DNA from: Candidatus Liptonbacteria bacterium
GTDB taxonomy: Bacteria > Patescibacteriota > Minisyncoccia > UBA6257 > 2-01-FULL-56-20
Assembly: GCA_023244935.1 (NCBI GenBank)
Contig: JAHFLJ010000001.1
Coordinates: 13,327 to 77,326, forward strand
Direction of reading: 5' to 3'
DNA: 64,000 nt
The notes under the pieces were generated by a model, which was not told where the DNA came from, did no database searches, and saw only the letters and a program-made list of their open reading frames with translations. Shown piece by piece: positions 26,713 to 36,600 of this stretch (positions are counted from its first letter, which is position 1; each line of letters opens with the position of its first letter). Both the position numbers and the translations under genes were made by a program.

Positions 26713-27466
26713 AAATATTTCCACAAAAAAACTATTTATTTTTGACCTCGATGGAACGCTAACCGAAAGCAAATCTCCGATTACTACAAAAATGGCGAAC
26801 CTTCTTTCGGCTCTCCTAACCGAAAAAAAAGTTGCGGTAATCTCCGGCGGTAAATTTGCCCAATTTAAAAAACAGTTTATTTCCAAACTAAAAACCGACG
26901 GCTCCGTCTTAAAAAATTTAACTCTATTCCCGACAAACTCCACGGCTTTCTACTCACCAGTTGGCTCGTCATGGAAAAAAATTTACGAAGAGACGCTCTC
27001 CCCGACCGAAAAAACAACGATATTATCTGCTCTAAAAAAACTTCAAAGTTCTCCCTTATACCGGAAACCAAAAAAAGTTTATGGAAAAATAATTGAAGAC
27101 AGAGCAACTCAAATAACTATTTCGGCGCTTGGTCAACTTGCGCCCGTAAGCGCGAAAAAAAAATGGAATAAAATTAGCGACCTCCGCACTATATATATCT
27201 CTGCCTTAAAAAAGGATCTTGGAAAATTTGAAATTAAAAAAGGAGGACTAACCTCGATTGACATAACCCGTGAAGGAATCGATAAAGCTCATGGTATTAA
27301 AAAAATACTCAAAGAATTAAACATTCCCAAAACAGATGCTGTTTTCATAGGAGATGCCTTCTACCCCGGAGGCAACGACGCTCCGGCCAGGAAGGCAGGA
27401 ATTGACTGCATCCCCGTCTCCGGCCCGAAAGAAACCGAAAAAATAATCAAGACGGCTCTCAAGTAG
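26705..27466 (+). CDS. HAD-IIB family hydrolase (phosphomannomutase-like sugar phosphatase)
   Basis: FIFDLDGTLT is HAD motif I. A cap-domain architecture is present, with a C-terminal GDAFYPGGND. Confidence 0.6.
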   Translation: MLKNISTKKLFIFDLDGTLTESKSPITTKMANLLSALLTEKKVAVISGGKFAQFKKQFISKLKTDGSVLKNLTLFPTNSTAFYSPVGSSWKKIYEETLSPTEKTTILSALKKLQSSPLYRKPKKVYGKIIEDRATQITISALGQLAPVSAKKKWNKISDLRTIYISALKKDLGKFEIKKGGLTSIDITREGIDKAHGIKKILKELNIPKTDAVFIGDAFYPGGNDAPARKAGIDCIPVSGPKETEKIIKTALK

Positions 27467-27483
27467 TTTTATCTGGCACTAGT

Positions 27484-27664
27484 GAGATTATTAGTTTTTG
27501 AGAGGTGTCTGAAAAACCTTTTAGCTCGATCCCGCCAAGGGCGGGTAAAAGGTTTTGAAGACAGTTAGATTTTTGCTGTGACTGAGCAAGAGCGAAGAAA
27601 TACCTAAGGCCAGCAGGCCGAGGCAGAAAAAAATCGACACGACCCCTCAAAACTAATAATTGAG
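27484..27664. mobile_element. MITE-like element with ~20-bp inverted termini and internal hairpin
   Basis: Left gagattattagtttttgagagg and right cccctcaaaactaataattgag are inverted repeats. The internal hairpin gtctgaaaaacctttt agctcgatcccgcc aaggg cgggtaaaaggttttgaagac is homologous to 55131-55165. Confidence 0.5.
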
Positions 27665-27705
27665 CGGGTTTGACTTGAATCAAACTTCTATATACCATAC
27701 GCCGC

Positions 27706-28308
27706 ATGGATACTCTAGTTTTCGACATCGAAACTTCCAACTTTTTTACCGACCCTGAAGTTGGTCGCGACAATTATGAGGCTTTAAAAATCTCCGTTGT
27801 TGGAGTGTATTCCTATAATCAAGATAAATACTTTTGCTACGAAGAATCCGAGATGGAAAAACTAGCCGAACTCTTTAAAGGGGACGTTAGAATCGTTGGC
27901 TTCTCCAGTAATCGCTACGACATTCCGGTACTAAACCTGTATTTCAAAAAGCTAAAAGACAGAGACCAATTAAATCTCTGGGAGAAAGATCGCGTAGACT
28001 TACTTCAAGAAGTAGAACTCGCGACCGGCGGACGCGTGAGTCTTAGCCGTCTAGCCGAAGCAAACCTCGGAGAAAAAAAGACCGGACATGGTTCCGAAGC
28101 AATTGGCTTATTTAAAGAAGGAAGAATTGAAGAGTTAAAAACCTACTGTCTTAAAGATGTAGAGCTGACTAAAAGACTTTATGACCTGTATATAAACAAC
28201 AAAGAATTATTGATCCCCAATAAAACAACCGGAGGAATAGATAAAATTTCCTTTGGTTTCGGCAACCCGGCTACTCCTGCCGATGGAGGAACCGCCACTC
28301 TTTTCTGA
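27706..28308 (+). CDS. DEDD-family 3'-5' exonuclease (standalone)
   Basis: The FDIET motif, NRYDIPVL and a YxxxD (YCLKD) C-terminal motif indicate a DEDDy exonuclease fold. Confidence 0.55.
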   Translation: MDTLVFDIETSNFFTDPEVGRDNYEALKISVVGVYSYNQDKYFCYEESEMEKLAELFKGDVRIVGFSSNRYDIPVLNLYFKKLKDRDQLNLWEKDRVDLLQEVELATGGRVSLSRLAEANLGEKKTGHGSEAIGLFKEGRIEELKTYCLKDVELTKRLYDLYINNKELLIPNKTTGGIDKISFGFGNPATPADGGTATLF

Positions 28309-28423
28309 ACCCCGCAGTGAATCGGGCGCCATCTTTACATTTATCCCGCCTTAGCGGGATTGTGCCCAATCTACTACAGGGATAAAGTTGGCATCTGCTT
28401 CCGCAAAATGCTAAAATCTAGCT

Positions 28424-29407
28424 ATGCAAAAGCCAATTTTAGTGTCAGGAATTCAACCAACCGGGAGGCTTCATTTAGGAAATTATTTGGGCGCTTTAAA
28501 AAACTTCGTCTCCCTCCAAAACACCAATAAATACGAGTGTTTTTTCTTTATTGCCGATCTTCATTCAATGACCGAAGAATTCACTCCGAAAGAAAAGGCT
28601 AAACAAATCATTGAACTCGCCGCCGATTTCCTTGCCGTGGGACTAAACCCAAAAAAGGCAACCTTATTCGCGCAGTCTGCAATCCCCGCTCACAATGAAC
28701 TTGCTTGGATTTTAAATACCATGACTCCGATGGGCGAACTTCGCCGAATGACTCAATTCAAAGATAAAGGAGGCGATCAAGAAACCGCCAATGTCGGTCT
28801 TTTCACTTACCCGGTGCTAATGGCGGCGGACATAATTCTTTACGATGCAAAATTTGTTCCGGTGGGAGACGATCAACTTCAACACCTTGAACTCGCGCGA
28901 ACCCTGGCGCGAAAGTTCAATTCCAAATTCGGAAAAACATTTACCGAACCACAACCACTCCTAACCCAGACCCCAAGAGTAATGAGCCTAGATGAACCGT
29001 CTAAAAAAATGAGCAAATCTCGACCACCCGGATGCATCTTTATGGACGACTCTCCGGAAGAAATTCACAAAAAAGTTATGCGTGCCACCACTGACTCCGA
29101 ATCTGTAATCCGCTACGATATTCAAACAAAGCCGGGCATCAGCAACCTTCTCCGCATTTATTCCTCGCTGAGCGGAGAGTTGATCCCTGATCTCGAAAAG
29201 AAATTTGCCGGAATGAATTATTCCGAACTAAAAATTGGACTGTCCAATTTAATCTCGAATTATTTTGCAGAATTCCGAAAAAATAAAAAGGAGATTTTAA
29301 AAAATAAAAAAGGAATAATCTCCGCGCTCTCGGCCGGAAATAAAAAGGCTTCTAAGATATCCGCAGAAAAAATAAAAAAGGTTAAAACCAAAATCGGCTT
29401 AATATAA
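28424..29407 (+). CDS. trpS: tryptophan--tRNA ligase
   Basis: HLGNYLGAL (HIGH region) and the KMSKS motif are present. 327 aa. Confidence 0.9.
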   Translation: MQKPILVSGIQPTGRLHLGNYLGALKNFVSLQNTNKYECFFFIADLHSMTEEFTPKEKAKQIIELAADFLAVGLNPKKATLFAQSAIPAHNELAWILNTMTPMGELRRMTQFKDKGGDQETANVGLFTYPVLMAADIILYDAKFVPVGDDQLQHLELARTLARKFNSKFGKTFTEPQPLLTQTPRVMSLDEPSKKMSKSRPPGCIFMDDSPEEIHKKVMRATTDSESVIRYDIQTKPGISNLLRIYSSLSGELIPDLEKKFAGMNYSELKIGLSNLISNYFAEFRKNKKEILKNKKGIISALSAGNKKASKISAEKIKKVKTKIGLI

Positions 29408-29409
29408 AA

Positions 29410-32400
29410 ATGCCAACAGAAAGAAAAATTGTCGGACAGGACGGACTATCGGAAGGCGAAAAAAAGGAACAAGAACGACAAATTCGCAAAATCAAGCAAG
29501 CTAGAAACTTCGACGAGCTTGCTGATGCCATGTCGGGAACAAAATTTGAAGACAGCATCAAAAATATTAAATTCGCGGGCAAAAGTGTCCGCGCCTTTAT
29601 CGATACGGATGGCCTGCGAAGAGATTATCTCGACCATGCAAACATCCTTCTGACGGAAAATACTGCCTTCCAAATACATATTAAAATGGGAGACCCAGTT
29701 GCTCTTGCAATTCTAAACCAAGGCAGAGAAATTCTTGAAAATGCCAAAAACACCGAAAAGGAGTCTCTCGATCTTCCGGATCCGACCGAAGAACCGGAAT
29801 CGCCCGAAACCTCTCCTATAGACGAAGAAACGGCGCCGGTGCAAGAGCCAATCCCCAATACTAGCGCCCCGGAACCAATAATTTCGGAAGTGGTTGGAGC
29901 CAACCCTCCGTCATCTCGAAGCGCCGAAAAAAGTGACCTGCCAAAAACCCTCGAAGACTACATACGCTTTACCGATAATCTGAGCGGACTCAGCGAGATC
30001 CTATCTGCTTACGGGGAAAAAGAAAACCGAGAAAAAATAACAAACATACTCACTAAGCTAATTTCAGCCGAATCCAAAGCAGAAGAAAGAAAAAATATAG
30101 CCGAAAATATCCAGGAGATTAGAAATCTTTTGTCGGATCTCGATAGCCCGCTGAAAGAAAAAGCTACCGAACTCGTAAAAAACGACCTGGCAAGAATTAT
30201 TGGGATTGATTTAGATGCTCCAGAAACATCCTCCTCTTCTGGAAACAACACAAATGAGAACACCCCTTCCCTGCCGGAAAAAATGAATGAAGATCCGCGT
30301 TTTTTAAGATTAGTGAATGACTTCAGCAAAAAATATTTTTTAGTAGATAACCCTAACTTTTCCAAAGAATTCTCCGGGGCTGTCTCCGTAAATGGACATA
30401 TGATGAGTGCGGACGGAAAAGAAACAAATTTTTTACCGAGTCAGATTATTGGAGTGGAAAGCTATCATACGGCACTCAAGGAAGCAGCAAAAAGATTTAA
30501 AGAATTATACCCGGAAGACTCTCAAGAATATGAAAAACGAAAAGAACCGGAGCTCATAATCTCGGGCATAGCCGGTGCAGCAGCTGAAAACATCTCTGCT
30601 CCTGAAAAGAAAATAACCGCCGAGGAGTTGAAAGAGAAAATAGTAGGGGCAAAATCTCTTGCCGAGCTCGCGGACACGCTAGAAAAACTAGAAGAAATCC
30701 CTACATCCTCCGGAGACTACACAAAAACCATGCCACTTGCCGTTTTATTGCGGGATACTAAAAATTTTGCATACATTGCCCCCGAAGCGATTAAAAGCAA
30801 GGTTGATAATTTTTGGAATCTATATCAAGACCGATTCACAAGGCAGGGAGGACTAAGAGAGAAAGTTTACTCCTTATTATCAGCCATCCTCGAAAACCCA
30901 GAGGCTCACGAAGAATCAAATGGTGCAGAAACTAACGAAATGTCAAAACCCGAGATGCGGTTTACGGGGATAGAAGATTTAAACATCGAAGCGAAAAATA
31001 AACCTATCCGGCCATTTCCGGATGCAGAACAGGCCCCTCCAAGGTTTACAGATATAGAAGAAAGCCCGCTAGATCGCGAAGCGGTTGAGGGCGAAATTGA
31101 ATCAACCATTGAAGAGGTTCTATCCGAACCGGCGACCCTAGAAGCTGCGACCGAAGCAATGTCTCCAGAATCAACTTCCGAAGAAAAACAAAAAATAAAA
31201 GAGGTGTTGAGCTCTCCTGATGCGAAAGAATCACTTATGAAACGGATTAAAAAACAAATGCGCGACCCGGCTTTTTGGCGCGACCTGGCAATCGGAACCG
31301 CGGCAGGAGGCACAACCAGAATGGTGGTCAGAAACTCAATTCGCTTTGCTCTTGGTCCGAACATCTTAGTTGGAATTGCAGCCGGAGGAATAGCCGGAGG
31401 TCTTGGAGCGGGAGTGGTTGAATTAATAAAAGAAAAAAGAATGATGCTCGGAACCGGCGCCTTGGAAAAACTTAAAAACGCTACCGACAACCTCGAAAGG
31501 GCAAAAATCTACGGCGAACTGAAGCGAATCTACGGCGAGAAAAAGATCTCAGGAACCGCGGAAGAAATCGAAGCGATAAACCAGGAGCTAATCCAAACCG
31601 AAACGATTCTAAAAACTGCACTGGAAACAAAGGACTTAGAAGGAAAAGATAAAATTTCGGCAATTCTTAAGATATCGGATGATTCCCGCGAAAGTCTTTC
31701 GAAAGAAGAACGGAAAGAAGTCAAAAAACTACTAAAAGAAATTAAATTTGAACGCGGGCCGGCAGATTGGAAAAAAATCAGCAAGTGCGCAACGAAAGGC
31801 GCCATAATGGGATCCATTGGTGGCGCGCTTGGAGGAGCCTTATCTTCGTGGCTATCCGGCAACTTAAATGGCGGAAACGCAACTGAGAAAGCCCTCGAGA
31901 AGGCTTCAGCGGCAAAAAAGGCAGCTGGGGAACTCTGGAATGAAAGATATGAAGCATGGAAATCAATGAAAGAACCGATATCTCGGGCTCAGGAAGTAGT
32001 ACGCGAGACAACGACATCAACGAGAGACAGTCTTTCCTCGAAATTCTTTGCAGTCACCACCGAGAAAGGTGAAGGCGTAACCCACTTGGCCAGAAAAGCG
32101 ATACATGAATATCTAGCAAATGACACCAAGCTAAATGGGACTCTAGGCAATACAATGAACACCGAAAAACTAGTTTATGCCGAAGACTACCTGCAAAAAC
32201 AACTCACCCCGCTGAATGCGCCGACCCTCCATCCCGGAGATTCATTCCAGATTGAAGGAAATAAAATAGCCGAGGCTCTCGAAAAAGCAGGTGTCTTAAA
32301 CGAAGAGCAAATAAGTTCGGTTGCCAAGGTAATTGAAAGTAATGGGGGCCTATCCGAAGAATCAAAAATGTTTATCTCTAACCCGGGGTTTGGCGTTCTC

Positions 32401-33285
32401 GACCCACAGAATGACTTTGTTGAAGCAATAAGCAAAAATACACCGGTAATATCCGAAGAAATTAACACTAGGATAGCTGAAGGTAGTGCAAAACAAGTAG
32501 CAGAAAATGCAGTTTCTGATATAAAAGAAGATTATGAGTATTTGTCCAAGGTAGAGAAGGGATGGTCTAATAAGCTCGGAAGTAGATTGTTCGAAGCGCA
32601 ACTCATAGATGGCGTTGTATCCTCGGGAATTGCACTGCCCGCAAGCGCGATAGCATTGTTTAGTAACCCGATAGACGAATATGATAGTTATGAAAAACAA
32701 GATCCTCTCGAAAAAGCTAAGGGGCTCGAAGATAAGTATGGTGTGACCCTGGAACATGGCGATGACCAGGAACTCACGAGTGAATCCGTCACAAAACTTG
32801 AGGGAATATTAGAAGAATTATCCGCTCAGTCCGATATTACCGGCCTGACGTTTATACATGCGAGCAATATTGATAGCGGTCTAATAGTAGATGATTATGG
32901 TCAAATTTTGGTTGACGTCGAAAATTATAATGAAGTCAAACCCGGCGCAATCCAAGAAGCGAAAGATAAAACAGCGAAAATGAAAGAACTGGATATTTTT
33001 ATAAGGAGTAAGAAGGCTGAAATTATAAAAATGGCCGGTAAATCTCCGATGTTCGAATTAATAGCGGATGAAAAATTAACAATAGATGAAACAAAAAAAC
33101 AGGCAGAGGCGGTGTTTTCGGCAGTACAAGAAGCTCTGGCTCAAGGAATTAAATTAAAAACAAAAAATATTATTATTTCTGATTACTATGACACAGCTAA
33201 AGGAGGAGCTAAGTTCGGTGTATGGATAAATCAAAACAGCAAAAAAGAAGAAATTGTCGAATTTCTTAAAAAAACATTCGCTTAA
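29410..33285 (+). CDS. giant hypothetical protein (1291 aa), acidic with coiled coils and two glycine-zipper hydrophobic segments
   Basis: The ORF starts 3 nt after the trpS stop. I recognise no catalytic motif. GxxxG zippers (LVGIAAGGIAGGLGAGVV; GAIMGSIGGALGGALSSWL) lie mid-protein, alongside Glu/Lys-rich low-complexity segments. Confidence 0.5.
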   Translation: MPTERKIVGQDGLSEGEKKEQERQIRKIKQARNFDELADAMSGTKFEDSIKNIKFAGKSVRAFIDTDGLRRDYLDHANILLTENTAFQIHIKMGDPVALAILNQGREILENAKNTEKESLDLPDPTEEPESPETSPIDEETAPVQEPIPNTSAPEPIISEVVGANPPSSRSAEKSDLPKTLEDYIRFTDNLSGLSEILSAYGEKENREKITNILTKLISAESKAEERKNIAENIQEIRNLLSDLDSPLKEKATELVKNDLARIIGIDLDAPETSSSSGNNTNENTPSLPEKMNEDPRFLRLVNDFSKKYFLVDNPNFSKEFSGAVSVNGHMMSADGKETNFLPSQIIGVESYHTALKEAAKRFKELYPEDSQEYEKRKEPELIISGIAGAAAENISAPEKKITAEELKEKIVGAKSLAELADTLEKLEEIPTSSGDYTKTMPLAVLLRDTKNFAYIAPEAIKSKVDNFWNLYQDRFTRQGGLREKVYSLLSAILENPEAHEESNGAETNEMSKPEMRFTGIEDLNIEAKNKPIRPFPDAEQAPPRFTDIEESPLDREAVEGEIESTIEEVLSEPATLEAATEAMSPESTSEEKQKIKEVLSSPDAKESLMKRIKKQMRDPAFWRDLAIGTAAGGTTRMVVRNSIRFALGPNILVGIAAGGIAGGLGAGVVELIKEKRMMLGTGALEKLKNATDNLERAKIYGELKRIYGEKKISGTAEEIEAINQELIQTETILKTALETKDLEGKDKISAILKISDDSRESLSKEERKEVKKLLKEIKFERGPADWKKISKCATKGAIMGSIGGALGGALSSWLSGNLNGGNATEKALEKASAAKKAAGELWNERYEAWKSMKEPISRAQEVVRETTTSTRDSLSSKFFAVTTEKGEGVTHLARKAIHEYLANDTKLNGTLGNTMNTEKLVYAEDYLQKQLTPLNAPTLHPGDSFQIEGNKIAEALEKAGVLNEEQISSVAKVIESNGGLSEESKMFISNPGFGVLDPQNDFVEAISKNTPVISEEINTRIAEGSAKQVAENAVSDIKEDYEYLSKVEKGWSNKLGSRLFEAQLIDGVVSSGIALPASAIALFSNPIDEYDSYEKQDPLEKAKGLEDKYGVTLEHGDDQELTSESVTKLEGILEELSAQSDITGLTFIHASNIDSGLIVDDYGQILVDVENYNEVKPGAIQEAKDKTAKMKELDIFIRSKKAEIIKMAGKSPMFELIADEKLTIDETKKQAEAVFSAVQEALAQGIKLKTKNIIISDYYDTAKGGAKFGVWINQNSKKEEIVEFLKKTFA

Positions 33286-33288
33286 CAA

Positions 33289-33606
33289 ATGAACGAAATA
33301 GAAACAATAATCAAAAAAAATCGAGAAGGGCTCCTGTCTCTCTTGGGGATTGAGAACCTAAAAGAAGAAGAAAAAGAAGCTACGGCCAATCAACTCTTCG
33401 AACACTTTAATAAAATAATTATTGAAACCTCGATATCCGCACTAAACGACGTGCAGGTGAAAGAATTCACTCGGTTAATGACTGCCGGACTACCCGAAGA
33501 AGGGATGGAAAAAATATTTGCCGAAACTCCGGGGCTTAAAGAAAAAATTCAAAACGCGTTAAGCCGAGAAGCAGAAACAATAAAGATTGCCTATAACAGT
33601 AAATAA
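33289..33606 (+). CDS. hypothetical protein (105 aa), translationally coupled partner of the giant protein
   Basis: It starts 4 nt after the giant ORF's stop and shares its terminator. Confidence 0.4.
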   Translation: MNEIETIIKKNREGLLSLLGIENLKEEEKEATANQLFEHFNKIIIETSISALNDVQVKEFTRLMTAGLPEEGMEKIFAETPGLKEKIQNALSREAETIKIAYNSK

Positions 33607-33615
33607 AGATTAATC

Positions 33616-33645
33616 AAAAACCCCGCTACTTGCGGGGTTTTTGAT
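33616..33645. terminator. bidirectional intrinsic terminator between the 33289 gene and ileS
   Basis: aaaaaccccgc-tact-tgcggggttttt is a perfect palindrome with flanking A and T runs. Confidence 0.8.
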
Positions 33646-33681
33646 TAATCCTATCCCCAAATAATTCGAGAACACTCTTCT

Positions 33682-36600
33682 CTAGCTTTTTCGTATTGCC
33701 AGCCAAATCACGCCATCATCAACTTTGATCTCGGTTTCAGTTAAGAATTTAGGCTCTTTTTTGAATATTATTTTTGTCGCCCCGGTCTCCTTCAATATGA
33801 ACTTCTGCCACCTCTCTAGAATTCCGGATGTCATCGGTGTCGAGGCAATCATAAGCAAAACCTTGTTCGAAGGCTTCAGCTCGGCTTTTTGTCTTAACTC
33901 CGAGACTCCCCGAATTAGTTCGCGAACCAAGCCTTCTTCTCGAAGCTCATCGGATATCTCTTTATTCAATTCAACTTTTTCACCTATCTCCTTTTTCAAG
34001 GAAATAGCTTTTACATTAACTTCATCCATAATAATCGACATCAGCTCTTCATATTTGGAAAGTAATTTATATGCGTTCTCTCCCAAATATAAATCTGCTA
34101 AAGGCTGCCTGACTTTCAAGGCGGAGCTAGCTCTTTCGGCAAGCGCCAAACTGGAAACATTCCTCGCCTGTTCCATGGCCGAAACAAATTCCAATTCTTT
34201 AGAAGTTATAGGTTTAAATTTATCCCAATCCGCCAAGTGAACCGAGGATTCCAATTTTATTCCTGAATATTTTTTAACGGCTCCAAATATTGCTTCGGAA
34301 AAGAACGGGATAAACGGCGCGGATAATTTTGTAAGTGAAATCAAAACTTTTTCCAATGTTGCCGACGCCTCCAAATATTCTTGCTTAGTTTCCGGCTTCT
34401 GCAGTCTTCTTCGAGATCTGCGAATATACCATCTGGAAAGGTCATCAACAAATGCTTCGAGCGCCAAAGCGGCTTCACGCACATCATACTTCTCCATATT
34501 TTCACTAACCGAATTCCCGGTCTGAGACAACCGCATCAAAATCCACTTATCCAAAACATTCTTGGATTGTTTTACCGATCGCGAGGCCCCGCCTTTTGCA
34601 TAGGTGCGATAGAAAACAAAGGAATTGTAATACAATAAGTGAAATTTCCTGTATACCTTAAGCAATTCCGCCTCGTCAAAATTTTTTGACTCCCCCGGCG
34701 GATTAACCACGTAAAAATACCATCTAATTGCATCCATCCCATACTTGTCCGCCAGCGCCCAAGGATCAACGATATTCCCTTTGGATTTACTCATCTTTAC
34801 TCCGTTCTTGTCGTTAATTAATCCCAAACAGATTACGTTTCGATATGGCGCCTCGTGCCCAAGCAGAGTTGAAGTTGCCAACATGGTATAGAACCATCCC
34901 CTGGTCTGATCCATTGCCTCGGAAATATAATCCGCCGGAAACTCCAATTTTTTCATCAGTTTGTTCGCGTCGGTGAGTGAAACGTTTTTACCGCCGGAAT
35001 ACTTAAACGGAAAATGATTTTGCGCATACGGCATGGCCCCCGAGTCAAACCAAACATCTGCCACCTCTTTCACTCGATTCGCTCGCCCTCCGCACTTATC
35101 GCACTTTAGAATAATTTCGTCGACGTAAGGTTTGTGCAAGTCCAACTCGCCTGAACGATTTATCGGCAATGAATAAAACTTTTCTTTCCTGATTTCTCCA
35201 AATCCATATTCTTTCGCGGTTACAAATTGTTTTATCGGCAAACCGTTCATCCCCAGGCTCAAAGTTAAAAGCGGGTCTCCGTGACTAACAATAACAATTT
35301 TTTGGTCCTTGTGCCGTGAATTTATTTCTTTAATAAATTCCATCATTCGTCGCGAAACATCAAAGACGCTTTCTCCTCCGGGAGGAGTTTTCGTAAGCCT
35401 CTCCTCTCCTTGTCCATGAAATTCCCGATACTCTTTTATCGGACGCCAGTTAAACACGCCGGTGTTTATTTCAGTCAACCGATTATCAAAGATTATTTCT
35501 GCGCCGGTTGCCGAACTTATTTCTCGAGCCAACTGCGAAGTCCTGGTCATCGGCGATGCGTAAATTACATCTATTTTCTCTTTATTCAATTTGCCTGCGG
35601 TTTTTTTAGCTTGTAACTCTCCTCTCTTGGTTAGAGGCGCGATATTCTTGCCGACCTCTATCCCGCTAGCAACAAATCCACCGACATTACTTTCCGCTTC
35701 GGTGTGACGCACCAAATAAAACGAATTCTTATAATAATCATTTTCTTTTATCTCGCTAACCGCTCCAATAACTTTTATCGCCGAGCAATCACCGCACCGC
35801 CAAATCGGGAGCGGAGTTCCCCAATATCGCTCACGAGAAATATTCCAATCTTTTGCCTCTTTCAGCCACTCGCCAAACCGCCCTTCTTTAATATGCTCCG
35901 GCACCCAAGCTATTTTTTCATTCTCCGCGGAAAGCTTACTTCGCAAACGACTAACCTCCAAAAACCAAGAACGGCGCGCGAAATATATTAGAGGAGAACC
36001 ACACCTCCAACAAAATGGATATTCGTGCTCGATTTTTCCGGAAGAGAACATCAACCCACGATTAACTAAATCCGCAGAGATATCCGCATCAGCTTCCTTA
36101 ATAAACTTTCCCTCCCCGGGAAGTCCGGCAATCACTTTTCCCTCATCGTTGATTGTTGTGAGTAATTCAATATCCGGATAATGCTCAGCAACCAACTGGA
36201 AATCCTCTTCTCCAAACGCCGGCGCAATATGAACAAACCCGGTTCCGTCTTCAGTGGAAATAAACCCTGCCGGCAAAACTTTAAACATTTTTTGGACATC
36301 TTGTCCGGCGACTTCAAATAGGGGCTTATATGAAAGACCTACCAATTTACTTCCGGAAATTTTTTCCACCGCCTCGGCAAAAATTTCTTTTCCGTTTTTA
36401 TCTTGAGTTGTCGGCGGAACACTATATGACCAAATATAGTCTCCTCCTACTTTATATTTTGTGTAAGTCAAATCCGCGCCAACCGCCACGAACATATTCG
36501 AAGGCAACGTCCACGGAGTTGTCGTCCAAATTAAAATGTATTCATTCTTATGCCCGGCATCCAAAACCTTCAACTTCACATAAACCGAAGGATCCGGAAC

